From positions 2,983 to 66,982 of IMG/VR virus record IMGVR_UViG_3300021408_000004: a DNA stretch of 64,000 bases; one strand, given 5' to 3'. The notes under the pieces are model-generated. The model was not told the DNA's origin, searched no databases, and saw only the letters and a list, made by a program, of their open reading frames with translations. The translations under genes and the position numbers were made by a program. Below, piece after piece: positions 1-9,642 of the stretch (its first letter is position 1; each line of letters starts with the position of its first letter). Origin of the DNA: a virus.

Positions 1-1
1 C

Positions 2-427
2 TCACGTGCGGATCCTTTCGTAGGGAGAACCAGGCTCGTCGGGCTCGGACTGGTAGGGGTGGCGGCCGTCGAACCAGTAGGTGACCAGGCCGGCGAAGAG
101 GAGCCGGCGCCACGCCTGGGCGATCGTGCCGCCCCACGGGACGACGAGCCCGAGGGCCTCGGCGTCGGCGCGGTCCATGTCCTCCACGAGCCCGTTGTGG
201 AACTCGCACAACGTGATGATGTTGCACGGGTGGTCGGGGCCACCCTGGCCCGACTTCCAGAGGTGATGCGGGGTCAGGCGCCCGAGGCACGGGCCGAGCA
301 GCGAGCCCGCCAGGCGGCACCGGCCGTCGCGCTGGAACACGGTGGCCTTGACCTGCTCGTAGTGGGAGCGAGCCAGGGCCCGGCGCGACGAGGTGCGACG
401 GATCCGGGTACGTCGGTCGAGGGTCAC
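2..427 (-). CDS. HNH endonuclease
   Basis: VFQRDGRC...TPHHLWKSGQGG...NIITLCEFHN is an HNH signature; GTG start at 427 overlaps the stop of the upstream gene. Confidence 0.8.
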   Translation of the reverse strand: MTLDRRTRIRRTSSRRALARSHYEQVKATVFQRDGRCRLAGSLLGPCLGRLTPHHLWKSGQGGPDHPCNIITLCEFHNGLVEDMDRADAEALGLVVPWGGTIAQAWRRLLFAGLVTYWFDGRHPYQSEPDEPGSPYERIRT

Positions 428-1050
428 AGCCGCTCCAGGATCAGGAGGGTGGAGTAGTTGCGGCGGGCGTGGACCTGCCGGCGGCCGGCGGGCTGGGACC
501 GGACCGGGCGCATCAGGTGCAGCATGTCGACCAGCCGGGCCCGGGGCTTGGTCATGTCGCCGGCCTCGGCCACGTAGCCCTCGGCGTGGGCGGCGAACTC
601 GCGGGTCTGCCAGCGCACCTGGCCCGAACAGACCTGGTCCTGGCACTTCACCCACAGCAGACCGCCCCGGGCCCGGCCAGCCCGAGGCCGGAGGAGCCGG
701 AGCCCCTCGTCGATGCCGTCGCGCAACAGCTGGTGCTTGGCCTGCCACGTCATCGGGACGTCGATCCCGTAGCGGGCGTCGAAGTCGGCCAGGTCGGGGG
801 TGCCGTTCAGCCGGTAGGGGCCGTCGAAGCACACCACGTCGAAGCTGCCAGCGGGGAGCCCGGTGGCCCGGAAGTCCATGGGCGGGGTCACCGGCACCAG
901 GTCCTCGGGGGCGCCCTTGCGCCACCAAGAGCCCCGCCCGTAGGTCAGGTCGACCACCCGGTCGTCGGGCCGGAGGTACCCGAGGCGGGTGGCAGCGTGG
1001 ACCAGCTCGACGTTCGTGCCGGTGACGATCGCGGGGACGGGACCGGTCAC
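424..1050 (-). CDS. Putative DNA amino-methyltransferase
   Basis: SAM-binding motif VVDLTYGRG and DPPY-like FDVVCFDGPY; GTG start at 1050 coupled to the upstream stop. Confidence 0.65.
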   Translation of the reverse strand: MTGPVPAIVTGTNVELVHAATRLGYLRPDDRVVDLTYGRGSWWRKGAPEDLVPVTPPMDFRATGLPAGSFDVVCFDGPYRLNGTPDLADFDARYGIDVPMTWQAKHQLLRDGIDEGLRLLRPRAGRARGGLLWVKCQDQVCSGQVRWQTREFAAHAEGYVAEAGDMTKPRARLVDMLHLMRPVRSQPAGRRQVHARRNYSTLLILERL

Positions 1051-1340
1051 CACCACTCCCGGGTGACGGGGAGCCCGTCGTAGACCACGAGGGCGCCATA
1101 GACGCTCACCGGGTCGGTGCCCTCGTCGGGGATGGTGACGAACAGGTGCCGGGCCGGGGGGCTGTCGGGGCCGTCGGGGTACAGGTCGCCGGCCCACAGC
1201 TCGAACTCGACGAGCTGGTGGGCGTGGTTGCGGACCCACCTGTCGGCGGCGCCCTTGCCCATCTGGCCGTGCTCGGCGACCCAGGCCACCAGCTCATGGG
1301 GAACGGAGAACGTCACGCGGATGTTCCGGGTGATGCTCAT
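1047..1340 (-). CDS. Hypothetical protein
   Basis: Protein-like composition; lies downstream of the promoter at 1377-1416. Confidence 0.6.
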   Translation of the reverse strand: MSITRNIRVTFSVPHELVAWVAEHGQMGKGAADRWVRNHAHQLVEFELWAGDLYPDGPDSPPARHLFVTIPDEGTDPVSVYGALVVYDGLPVTREWW

Positions 1341-1376
1341 GGGCGTCGGGGGGTGTCGGTGATGGGCACGAGGCCG

Positions 1377-1416
1377 ATGTTACCGCGCTCACACCCTCAG
1401 GTGCAAGCGCGGTAAC
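1377..1416 (-). promoter_or_regulatory. GTTACCG-box family promoter (variant)
   Basis: Minus strand GTTACCGCGC-TTGCAC-N18-TAACAT. Confidence 0.6.
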
Positions 1417-1546
1417 GGCCGGGTGCTGGTTCACGGGCCACCAGCACCACGAACAGATCCGGCCCACCTCGGGCTGCGTGTGGTCCGTCCACGAGATCGA
1501 CGCCGAGCAGTTCCCCACCGGGATCGACGGCGGCGCCCACACCCGG

Positions 1547-2089
1547 TCAGAAGGCATCGCGGTCGCCGGTCGCCCGATGCTGGCCGGCCACCGCGGCCTC
1601 CAACGTCTCGCGCGACAGCTGGAGCTGCGTCGGCCCACCCGTCGACGGGCCCCGCTTCGCCGCCCGGAACACCGGCAGTTTCTGCCGATGCTGCGTCAGC
1701 GGCGGCGTGCACCCCGACGGGCATTTCTGCACCCACCACTGGTGATCCTCGTCGTCGCCCAGGTCAAGCCACCCACCGTCACGGCACTGGAGACACGCCA
1801 CCGTCCCCGACGGAGACGCTGTCTCCGCCTCGTGCCGGCGCCGCCGATTCGCCGCGATCGTCGCCGCCCGGAACTGGGCCACCGTCGGGAACCGATCCAC
1901 CTTCTCGTCACGGAGAATGATGTCGAGCCCCGACACGACGTCCTCGATCGCGCAGCCACCGATCCCCGAGCGCCAGAGCGTCATCATGCCGTCGACCGTG
2001 TCGGCGTCGTCGAGCGGCCGGTTGTAGTTCAGGGCCAGCGCCGCGAGCACCCCAGCGATGTCGCCGTCCGTCACCGTCGAGCCGCTCAC
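1547..2089 (-). CDS. Replication accessory protein (helicase loader/inhibitor-like) with Zn ribbon
   Basis: Directly follows the initiator; RFPTVAQFR motif and C-terminal CLQCRDGGW...KCPSGC. Confidence 0.5.
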   Translation of the reverse strand: MSGSTVTDGDIAGVLAALALNYNRPLDDADTVDGMMTLWRSGIGGCAIEDVVSGLDIILRDEKVDRFPTVAQFRAATIAANRRRRHEAETASPSGTVACLQCRDGGWLDLGDDEDHQWWVQKCPSGCTPPLTQHRQKLPVFRAAKRGPSTGGPTQLQLSRETLEAAVAGQHRATGDRDAF

Positions 2090-2940
2090 GAACCCGCCCC
2101 CAGCTGACCGACACGGCCGGGGCGGGCACGGTCGAGGAGCAGCCGGTTCGACTCGGCCATACGACCACCACCTGACGGCGCTGTCGGCCGGCGGTCGGGC
2201 TCGGGCTCATCCAGCCAACCCTCCCCGTTCAGCCATGTGGCCGGGTTGCGCGTGAACCCAGGCTGACGGTTGGGATCATCGCGGTAGCGCTCGACGCCGC
2301 GGATGATCACCTCGGGGGCGACCCCCTTCCGGCGGGCGGACGCCCACGCCCTCCGCGCCTGGCCCTTCCCGGTCTTGTGCGGATACCGCTCCCAGAACGC
2401 CACGAAGGCCAGGTCTCGGTCGGTGCCCAGGTTCTGGCCGACAGCGAGGTGAGTAGCTCGGGGCGCCGCAGGCGTCTCGCCCCCCACCAACGTGAGTTGT
2501 TCGCGAGAGTTACTTAGGGGGTTGGGTGTCAACGGGGAGGAAGGGGATGATGGGGCGGGCGGTGTGCCCTCCCTGGCCGGACCGTGTGCCCTACCCAGGG
2601 CGGGCGAGTCGCCCTCCCTGCCAGCTGCCGGTTTCGGTGGCGTGGGGGCGGGCGGTGTGCCCTCCCCCAGACCGGGCAGGAGTAGGCGGTAGTCGGCCTG
2701 CTTGCGGCCGTCCCCGACCGTGATCACCTCGACCTCGCCCAGCTCGACGAGGGCGGTGATGGCGCGGCGGACGGTGCGGTCGTCGACGTTGGCTTTCTGG
2801 GCGAACCAGGATTGGGAGCGGCGGTAGGCGGTCACGTAGCCCTCGCGGCTTGCCTCGTCGGCCATGGCCAGGAGCACGAGCCGTGCGGCCCCGGTGCTGG
2901 CCGAGTGGTCGAACACGGCGGTGATGGCGTGGACACTCAT
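2086..2940 (-). CDS. Phage replication initiator protein
   Basis: N-terminal winged HTH (ARLVLLAMAD...VDDRTVRRAITAL), Pro-rich linker, C-terminal FWERYPHKTGK...NPATWLN. Confidence 0.8.
   Translation of the reverse strand: MSVHAITAVFDHSASTGAARLVLLAMADEASREGYVTAYRRSQSWFAQKANVDDRTVRRAITALVELGEVEVITVGDGRKQADYRLLLPGLGEGTPPAPTPPKPAAGREGDSPALGRAHGPAREGTPPAPSSPSSPLTPNPLSNSREQLTLVGGETPAAPRATHLAVGQNLGTDRDLAFVAFWERYPHKTGKGQARRAWASARRKGVAPEVIIRGVERYRDDPNRQPGFTRNPATWLNGEGWLDEPEPDRRPTAPSGGGRMAESNRLLLDRARPGRVGQLGAGS
2551..2666. repeat. Iteron-like direct repeats, probable replication origin
   Basis: GGGGCGGGCGGTGTGCCCTCCC exact at 2552-2573 and 2645-2666, degenerate copies with GCCCT core at 2588 and 2611, all in the initiator linker. 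Confidence 0.65.
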
Positions 2941-3506
2941 GCCGATCCGACCTTCGCCTTGTTCAGCGCGGGGTCCTCGTCGTTGATGGCCCGGGTCTCG
3001 GCGTCGAGCATGGTCTGGGCGTCGAGGTGCTCCTCCCACGTGACGTCGGCGATCAGGTGGCCCCACCGCTTGTAGTGGACCAGGAGCCGCGCCCGGAGAC
3101 GGGTCGACACGCCCACGTAGAGGAGCCGGCGCTCCGGCGACCAGAGCCGATAGAGGTGGAACCCTCCGTCCGGGACTCCATGGGGCACCCCCTCAGGGAG
3201 GACCGGGCCGCAGTGCTCGCACCCCTCAGGGGCCGCCCCCCGCTGGTAGGTCTCCAGCGCCCGGAAGATGAACGCCAGAAGGTCGTCGGCCCCGTAGCGG
3301 AACGTCAGCTCGGATGCCTCCCCGATCCACGCGAGCATGACGAACAGCTCGGGGTAGGACAGCTCGCGGTTCGCGTGGCCGCAGCCGCCGCACCAGTAAA
3401 GATCCGGGAACGGCCAGGTCCCGTCGGCGTGCCCGCTGCGTGCTCGCTCCAGAGCTTCACTGGCCCTGGCGGTGCGCACTGCGGTAACGTTTGCCTCGTT
3501 GGGCAT
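2937..3506 (-). CDS. GIY-YIG nuclease-domain protein
   Basis: C-terminal LYRLW...LLYVGVS...RLLVH...ETRAI...PALN; N-terminal Cys motifs. Confidence 0.75.
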   Translation of the reverse strand: MPNEANVTAVRTARASEALERARSGHADGTWPFPDLYWCGGCGHANRELSYPELFVMLAWIGEASELTFRYGADDLLAFIFRALETYQRGAAPEGCEHCGPVLPEGVPHGVPDGGFHLYRLWSPERRLLYVGVSTRLRARLLVHYKRWGHLIADVTWEEHLDAQTMLDAETRAINDEDPALNKAKVGSA

Positions 3507-3608
3507 GGAGCTATGACCTCCGTTGTCTGGAAGGGTCGGCCGTGGGGGCCGGCCCTTCTCGCGTCTGGTGGTCGGTGACCCTACGCCATACGTGACCGCG
3601 CTGCCACG

Positions 3609-3637
3609 TTGCACACCAGCGTGTTCCGCGGTAACGT
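3609..3637 (+). promoter_or_regulatory. Promoter of the recombination operon
   Basis: TTGCAC-N17-TAACGT containing CCGCGGTAAC; GGAGG RBS before ATG 3674. Confidence 0.6.
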
Positions 3638-3673
3638 CTGGTGTCCCGACAACCCCCACGGAGGTACATCCCC

Positions 3674-4381
3674 ATGACCGACACCATGGACGAGCCCACG
3701 GCGGACGACGTCGTCGCCCTGGTCGACATGATCGACTCGACGCCCGTCGACCACCTGCTCGACCGGTGGCTGGAGGAGTCGCTGGTAGAGATCGGCGACG
3801 AGCCCCGCGATCAGGAGCAGGTCGATCGGCTGCTGTGGGTGCTGCGCCGGCTGCGTCAGCGCCGGCAGGAGATCATCCAGGCTGGGCAGGCGCGGGTCCA
3901 GTTGATCAGCAACTGGGCGAACGACGAGACCGAGCGGGTCGACCGCCGGGCCGCGCACCTGGAGGAGACGCTGGAGGGCTGGGCCCAGTCCGACCACGAG
4001 GCCACCGGCCGGCGGACGTGGAAGCTGCCGGCGGGCACGCTGACGGTGCGGCGCCGGTCGGAGCGGGTGGTGGTCCTCGACGCGACGTCGGACGCCACAG
4101 TGGCCGCGGTCGGGGCGCTGGTGCCCGACGCGGTGAAGACCACGCACGAGGTGCAGGGCGGGAAGGTGAAGGCCGCCACGGTGGCCGACGCCGTGGACGC
4201 CACCGCGTGGGCCCGGGCCCAGGGTGTGGCGATCCCCGAGGGCTACGAGGCGCGTCGGGCGGTGATGGTCGAGATCGAAGGGCGCCCCGAGGTCGACGTC
4301 CGCGTCGGGGTCCCGGCGGTGGTCTACCTGGTGCCGGTCGAGGGCCGCGAGGGCCTCAAGTTCTCGGCGGTGACCGAGTGA
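3674..4381 (+). CDS. Mu Gam-like host-nuclease inhibitor
   Basis: Coiled coil followed by RRTWKLPAGTLTVRR; sits upstream of a recombinase; strong RBS. Confidence 0.65.
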   Translation: MTDTMDEPTADDVVALVDMIDSTPVDHLLDRWLEESLVEIGDEPRDQEQVDRLLWVLRRLRQRRQEIIQAGQARVQLISNWANDETERVDRRAAHLEETLEGWAQSDHEATGRRTWKLPAGTLTVRRRSERVVVLDATSDATVAAVGALVPDAVKTTHEVQGGKVKAATVADAVDATAWARAQGVAIPEGYEARRAVMVEIEGRPEVDVRVGVPAVVYLVPVEGREGLKFSAVTE

Positions 4382-4740
4382 GCGACCCCACCGAGCCCAC
4401 GGCGCCCCGGCGCACCACCCCAGCGGCGCTGGCGCGTGATCTGTCGACGGCGTTCCTCGGCCGCGAGGCCGTCGAGCGCGGCGACGCGATGGTCGCCCGC
4501 GTCACCGAACTGGCCGAGGCGGAGCACCGGCTGTCCATGGCCCGCGTCCAGGACGAGGCCGCGCAGCTGACGGCCCAGGCTGTCCACCGGGCAGCGATCC
4601 GGGCGGCGGCCGAGAAGGAAGCACGGGCCCGGGCCCGGCAGCAGGAGATCATCCAGGTCGGCATCGGCGTGCTCGTGGGACTCGGCGTCGTCGTTCTCCT
4701 CCTCGTGGCCATGCTGGTCGGGACGCTGGTGATGGCGTGA
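4378..4740 (+). CDS. Membrane protein
   Basis: C-terminal hydrophobic helix; GTGA coupling at both ends. Confidence 0.6.
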   Translation: MSDPTEPTAPRRTTPAALARDLSTAFLGREAVERGDAMVARVTELAEAEHRLSMARVQDEAAQLTAQAVHRAAIRAAAEKEARARARQQEIIQVGIGVLVGLGVVVLLLVAMLVGTLVMA

Positions 4741-6278
4741 CCGACGTCGCCACCACCGAGGCCATCACGGGGGAGCTGGTCAAGCGTGACGCCCCGGCCG
4801 AGCCGGCGGCGTCGACGGCGCTGGACCGGGCGGCCGAGGCCGCGCTGGCCATGCCGGGCGTCCCCGGCCGTGACGAGTTCCTGTCGCTCGCGGCGCAGGC
4901 GAAGCTGCTGTCCCTGTCGGGGGCGGCGCCGAAGCTGGTCCGGAACAATCCCCACATCGCGTTCCACGTCGCGATGGTCGGCCGCGACCTCGGGATCTCC
5001 CCGACCGCCGCGCTGGCCCTGATCGACGTGCTCGACACGCAGGGCGGCCCACAGCTGTCGCTGTCCCCCCAGCTCCTGAACGCCCAGATCGAACGTCTCG
5101 GCCTCGGGTCGGTGCGGCCGATCGTGCAGGAGCGCGACCGGTGCGTGGCCGGCGCCTTCCGTCCTGACGGCACGCTGCTCGGCGAGACGGAGTTCACGTG
5201 GCAGGACGCCCGTGACGCCACCCTGGTGGGCCCCGAGTGTCTGCCGGGTGAGCACAAGGTCGTCACCCGGGAGCGCAAGGGAGGCGGCAGCTACCAGGCG
5301 TGCGGGTGTAACCAGGGCTACAAGACGTACCCCAAGCGCATGATGTGGTGGCGGGCCGCTGGGTTCTGCGCGAACGACTGGTTCCCCTCAGCGTCGGTCG
5401 GCCTGTACTCCCCCGAGGAGCTGGGCTCTGTCGTCGATGAGCACGGCCGCCCGATCGACCCGGCCACCGTCGCCCTGCCGCAGGGCTACGACGACCCCAT
5501 CGCCATCCAGGCGGCGCGGAAGGCGGAGCAGCAGGCCACCGTCGACGCGCCGGCCCCGGCCGGGGAGCTGTTCGAACTCCAGCTCATGATCCGGGCGCTC
5601 CCCGAGGGGCTGCGCCAGGAACTGGCCGCCGTGTGGAAGGACCACGAGCGGCTCAAGCCCCACGCGGTGTGGAAGCTGCCGCGGCGTCTCCTCGCGACGG
5701 CGCGGGGCATGGCCACGGCCCGGTGGGCGCAGGCGGCCCAGCTCGGCGTCGACCGCGACTCGTCGATCCAGGGTCTCCGTGAGCGTCTCGGCGCCACCGT
5801 GGGGTCGCTCACCTGGGCCGGCGTGCCTGCTGGTGTGGAAGATGCCGGAAACTCGACCGGATCCGCGGCCCCAGCGGCCCCAGCGGCCCAGGAGAGCCCC
5901 GAGGAGCCTCCGGGCCCCGAGGTGCCCGCCGAACCCGCAGAGGAGCCCACAGCGCCTCAGGGCCCCGAACCCGACCCCGACGGGAACCCGGAGCCGGAGG
6001 TCATCGACTGGAAACCGATCATGCGCCAGACCTCGAACATGGTCATGGACCTCTGCCACTCGCTCCCCGACGGGATCGGCCACCGGATCTCGACGGCGGT
6101 CGAGGCCATGCACCACACCGTCGTGAACCGGCTCATTGCCGAGGGCAACGAGGCCGAGACCTTCCCGCCCAGCTCGCCGATCGGGCTCCGCCGCATGGCG
6201 GCCACCTACCTGCTCGGCGTCGCCTTCCAGACCACCGGGGCGATCCCGGCCGAGGTCACCGAGACCGAAGCGAAGTAG
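4737..6278 (+). CDS. RecT-like ssDNA-annealing protein with long C-terminal extension
   Basis: YPKRMMWWRA...FP...GLYSPEEL motif typical of phage annealing proteins. Confidence 0.65.
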   Translation: MTDVATTEAITGELVKRDAPAEPAASTALDRAAEAALAMPGVPGRDEFLSLAAQAKLLSLSGAAPKLVRNNPHIAFHVAMVGRDLGISPTAALALIDVLDTQGGPQLSLSPQLLNAQIERLGLGSVRPIVQERDRCVAGAFRPDGTLLGETEFTWQDARDATLVGPECLPGEHKVVTRERKGGGSYQACGCNQGYKTYPKRMMWWRAAGFCANDWFPSASVGLYSPEELGSVVDEHGRPIDPATVALPQGYDDPIAIQAARKAEQQATVDAPAPAGELFELQLMIRALPEGLRQELAAVWKDHERLKPHAVWKLPRRLLATARGMATARWAQAAQLGVDRDSSIQGLRERLGATVGSLTWAGVPAGVEDAGNSTGSAAPAAPAAQESPEEPPGPEVPAEPAEEPTAPQGPEPDPDGNPEPEVIDWKPIMRQTSNMVMDLCHSLPDGIGHRISTAVEAMHHTVVNRLIAEGNEAETFPPSSPIGLRRMAATYLLGVAFQTTGAIPAEVTETEAK

Positions 6279-6291
6279 CCCCCGGGCGCGT

Positions 6292-6330
6292 CTCGGGCCG
6301 CTCTCCCCCGACGGTCGAGCGGCCCGAGCA
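6292..6330. terminator. GC hairpin between convergent genes
   Basis: CTCGGGCCGCTC ... GAGCGGCCCGAG inverted repeat. Confidence 0.55.
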
Positions 6331-6394
6331 CTTCACCCCTGATCGACTGGAGTCCCCACGGGGCCTCTCGCGTCAGGGGGAACTCTACACCGGG

Positions 6395-6763
6395 TCAGCC
6401 GGTCCGGGCGTTGCTGGAGGCGTCCGGACCGGCGCCCAGTGCGGGCTCGGCCACCGTCTGGTGCTGGTCGATGGCGGTCACGAACTTGTGGGCGAACCCG
6501 CCGGTGCTGCCGATCATGATGGCGGCGTAGACCAGCGAGGCGGCGTCCATGTTCCCGAGCGCCGTCGAGAACCCGGGCAGCACCAGAGCGCTGGTGGCGT
6601 CGGCGCTGGCCCCGAGCCCGAGGGCCCCGAGCGCAGCGGCCCACGGGATGACCGCGTTCACGGCCCGCATCGGCTCGCTGCCGGCGATGAACCGGACGAT
6701 CGACGTGATCTGCGACGCGAGCAGCGCCAGAGCGGCCAGCGTGGTGAGCGATTCCTGTTCCAT
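6395..6763 (-). CDS. Holin-like membrane protein
   Basis: About three hydrophobic segments; near the endolysin; GGAGG RBS. Confidence 0.6.
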   Translation of the reverse strand: MEQESLTTLAALALLASQITSIVRFIAGSEPMRAVNAVIPWAAALGALGLGASADATSALVLPGFSTALGNMDAASLVYAAIMIGSTGGFAHKFVTAIDQHQTVAEPALGAGPDASSNARTG

Positions 6764-6826
6764 CGAACCCTCCCCTTGTCAGGTGTTACCGGGGGAGCGT
6801 AGACACCCCGACCCAGAGAAGGACCG

Positions 6827-7039
6827 ATGCCCCCGGCGACCACCACCATCCTGTTCTCCCCATGCGGCCACAGCGAGACCATGCCCGAGGTGGTCCTGGC
6901 CATCTACCGCCGCAACCGCGTCAGCTGCTGGTGCTCGCTGTGCGAGGAAATGCGCCCCTGGACCGAGAGCCGGCGCGTGCGCAGCCGACGGACCAGGTTC
7001 TCGGCCCGGCGCCGCGCCGCCTACGGACGGTCGCTCTGA
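6827..7039 (+). CDS. Small Cys-rich basic protein
   Basis: CGH...CWCSLC; GAAGGA RBS; GTTACCG box at 6785; strong hairpin at about 7043-7078. Confidence 0.5.
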   Translation: MPPATTTILFSPCGHSETMPEVVLAIYRRNRVSCWCSLCEEMRPWTESRRVRSRRTRFSARRRAAYGRSL

Positions 7040-7154
7040 CGCGGCCCGGCCCCCACCCCGAGGGATGGGGGCCGGGCCTTCATGGTGGTGTAGCGGTGGG
7101 CGCCCGATGTCACGCCCAGGTGATGGCTGGGCTCAGCGCCACGTGGCCCCGATC

Positions 7155-7640
7155 CTAGACGTCGGGGGTGACCTCGGTGGGCTCACCGGCGACGATGGTG
7201 AACCGCTCGCCGAGGCCGGCGACGACGACGATCTGGAGGTCGCCGGTGAGGGTCTGGCCGGCGCTGGTGGCCTCGGCGTGGACGTTGGCGGTGCCCAGCA
7301 CGCCGACGGCGGCGGCCACGGCCGTGCCGTCGCCGTTGTCGGTCAGGTTGATGATGGTCGGGTCGTCGACGGTGTAGACGACCGTCGCGTCGGCCGGCGC
7401 GGCGACGGGGTTGCCCACCTCGTCGGTCCACTGGCCCGAGAGCGTGACTTGCATGTCGGCGGCGAGATCCATGATGAGATCGACCTTCCCTGTGGGGGTG
7501 TTGTACGGCGGGCCCTTGACCACCCGGTCACCGGGTGATGTCGGGCGGGGGACGCTGGCCCGGAGGACGAATCCCCGTCGCTGGCAGCACCTGCTACGCA
7601 GCTCCAGGACCAGCTCGGCGTCACCGAGGTCCAGCTTCAT
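7155..7640 (-). CDS. Ig-like (Big) domain protein
   Basis: Beta-rich WTDEVGNP...YTVDDPTII...GTANV; TAGAGT -10 just before ATG 7640; alternative start near 7473. Confidence 0.55.
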   Translation of the reverse strand: MKLDLGDAELVLELRSRCCQRRGFVLRASVPRPTSPGDRVVKGPPYNTPTGKVDLIMDLAADMQVTLSGQWTDEVGNPVAAPADATVVYTVDDPTIINLTDNGDGTAVAAAVGVLGTANVHAEATSAGQTLTGDLQIVVVAGLGERFTIVAGEPTEVTPDV

Positions 7641-7732
7641 GCCCCGGACTCTACCCGTGGGGCCCGGGCGCGATCCGGCCCCTGCTCCAGAGGGTGAGCA
7701 GGGGCCGGACCGCTTCGTAGCAGGAGACCAGG

Positions 7733-8446
7733 CTACGCGAAGAGGAGCGAGTGCCAGGTGTCGGGGCCACCCACGCCGTCGCGCTTGAGCGGCGGGTGCG
7801 TGCGCTGCCAGTCGGTCAGGTTGGCCAGGGTGCCGGGCCCGAACACGCCGTCGACCGCGATGGCGTAGCCCCGCTGCCGCAGGACGTCCTGCCAGATCCG
7901 GACGCGTGCCCCGGTGTCGCCCCGGCGCACAGAACCCGGGTACGGCACCACCCTGGGCTTGCCCGCCGACGGCGGCGGCCCAGCAGGTCCACCAGCAGCA
8001 GCGAGGAACGCACGCAGCCGGGCCGCTGTGGCCCGGGCCTGGGCGGCGGTGCCCATGAACTCGTAATGCATGGCGTCCGGCCACGAGAACTCTCCGCCCC
8101 ACCGGAACCCGTGGTCCTTCCACAGCTGGGTCATCCACCGGGGCATGTCGGAGACGAGCCGGCGGTCAGCGCGCCGCGGGTTGCGCGGGGCGTTGATGTC
8201 GATGGCCGTGCCCTGGGAGTGGTTCGACGGCTGGGAGGTGCCGGCGATCGGCCGGCAGGCGTAGCCCCACGTCCACCCGGGGATGACGTCGTAGCCCTGG
8301 GCCTCGGTCAGGTCGATGAGGAGCCCGACGAGGTCGACGAGGTCGCGGTGGATGGGGAGCCGGAGCCCATCCTTGCGGGAGAGGGTGACGATGCGGCCGG
8401 CCCGGTCGCAGTTCGGCCACGCCGGCCCGAAGGTGCTACTCGCCAT
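7733..8446 (-). CDS. Endolysin: M15-type peptidase plus peptidoglycan-binding domain
   Basis: SNHSQGTAIDIN, FRWGG, DAMHYE; C-terminal VDGVFGPGT...DGVGGPDTW. Confidence 0.9.
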   Translation of the reverse strand: MASSTFGPAWPNCDRAGRIVTLSRKDGLRLPIHRDLVDLVGLLIDLTEAQGYDVIPGWTWGYACRPIAGTSQPSNHSQGTAIDINAPRNPRRADRRLVSDMPRWMTQLWKDHGFRWGGEFSWPDAMHYEFMGTAAQARATAARLRAFLAAAGGPAGPPPSAGKPRVVPYPGSVRRGDTGARVRIWQDVLRQRGYAIAVDGVFGPGTLANLTDWQRTHPPLKRDGVGGPDTWHSLLFA

Positions 8447-8924
8447 CGGAGAACTCCTCGATGATCCCGGGCACCCCGGTGCGGGTGCCGTCGGGCTCGA
8501 CGACGTGGACCGTCACGGCCTCCAGGCGCTCCTCGATGGTGGCCACGACGCCCTCCCCGAGCACGCCCACGAGGGCCTCTCGGTTGAGGGCTACGGCCAC
8601 GCCGGGGTCGGCCTCGACGAACTGGTGGCAGAGGCAGCCGTGCACCTGGCAGGGGCCGCCCTCGGGGTGGTCGACGGCGTCGTCGGCGCACGAGCAGGGC
8701 CGGCGGCGGGTCGGGGGGACCTCGGCCGGCGGGAACGAGGTGGCGAGCCCGAGGGCCTCGGCGGTCAGGTCGGCGTCGGAGGCCAGGTCGTCGCCGGTGC
8801 AGTCGGACGCGTACATGTCGGCGTCCGGGAACCGGCCCCGGTGCTCTCCGCCCTCCGGCGCGGCGTCGTCGGGGTCGAAGGGGCCCACGTACCAGCGTGG
8901 ATCCGTTGTCGGGGTGAGGGTCAT
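8436..8924 (-). CDS. Hypothetical Cys/His protein
   Basis: CSC...H...C...CLCHQF; TACGGT -10 seven nt upstream of ATG. Confidence 0.55.
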   Translation of the reverse strand: MTLTPTTDPRWYVGPFDPDDAAPEGGEHRGRFPDADMYASDCTGDDLASDADLTAEALGLATSFPPAEVPPTRRRPCSCADDAVDHPEGGPCQVHGCLCHQFVEADPGVAVALNREALVGVLGEGVVATIEERLEAVTVHVVEPDGTRTGVPGIIEEFSDGE

Positions 8925-8942
8925 GGCCCCGACCGTACCGCG

Positions 8943-9338
8943 CTATGGGCGGGCCAGCACTGCCTGCGCCGCGGGCAAGTCGCAGGTCGGAGCGGCGTAG
9001 CCCTCCAGGAGCCCGGCCACCTCGTCGTCGGACATGTCGGTCCGCTCACCGATCCGGCGGAGCAGCTCCTTGAGGCCGCCGTACCGGACGTGCGACTCGA
9101 CGCACCGGTCGGCCTGCTCGATCTCCTCCTCGACCGCCTCGGCGGCCTCCAGCATCGCGAGCTTCGCCGTCGTGGTGTGTAGCTCGGCGTCGGTGGCGTT
9201 CTGGTGGTCGTCGACCCGCTGGTCTTGCCAGGTGTCCCAGGCGAACAGCAGCCCGAACGCCACCACCATGACCACGAGCCAGCGGACGCCGCGGTTCAGC
9301 TGCTCGACCGCGGCCCGGGGCACCCCGACCTCGCTCAC
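8943..9338 (-). CDS. Membrane-anchored coiled-coil protein, possible lysis accessory
   Basis: One TM helix then helical region with two Cys; GTG start coupled to the small ORF at 9335-9430. Confidence 0.55.
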   Translation of the reverse strand: MSEVGVPRAAVEQLNRGVRWLVVMVVAFGLLFAWDTWQDQRVDDHQNATDAELHTTTAKLAMLEAAEAVEEEIEQADRCVESHVRYGGLKELLRRIGERTDMSDDEVAGLLEGYAAPTCDLPAAQAVLARP

Positions 9339-9426
9339 CAGCCGCACCTCGTGAGCAACGCCACGCAGAACCCGGCCACCAACATCACCGGAGCCGCCCG
9401 GTACGCCCAGTGCACGTAGCCGGCGA

Positions 9427-9642
9427 TCACCGCAGAACCCCACGGATCGTGCCCAGGACTCGCGCACCCACCGACAGGGTGAGCACCGACAGGATGAACG
9501 CGAAGGAGGCCGCCCGGGCGCCCAACACGGTGACCTCCAGCGTGCCCCACACGAGCGCCATCAGGATGATGACCGTCTGGAGCCACTGGGGCGGAGGCGG
9601 CCACGCTGCCGCCGGGGATTCGTCGGGGACCGGGTCGCTCAC
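9427..9642 (-). CDS. Small two-TM membrane protein
   Basis: Two hydrophobic helices; GTGA overlap with the glycosyltransferase stop. Confidence 0.55.
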   Translation of the reverse strand: MSDPVPDESPAAAWPPPPQWLQTVIILMALVWGTLEVTVLGARAASFAFILSVLTLSVGARVLGTIRGVLR

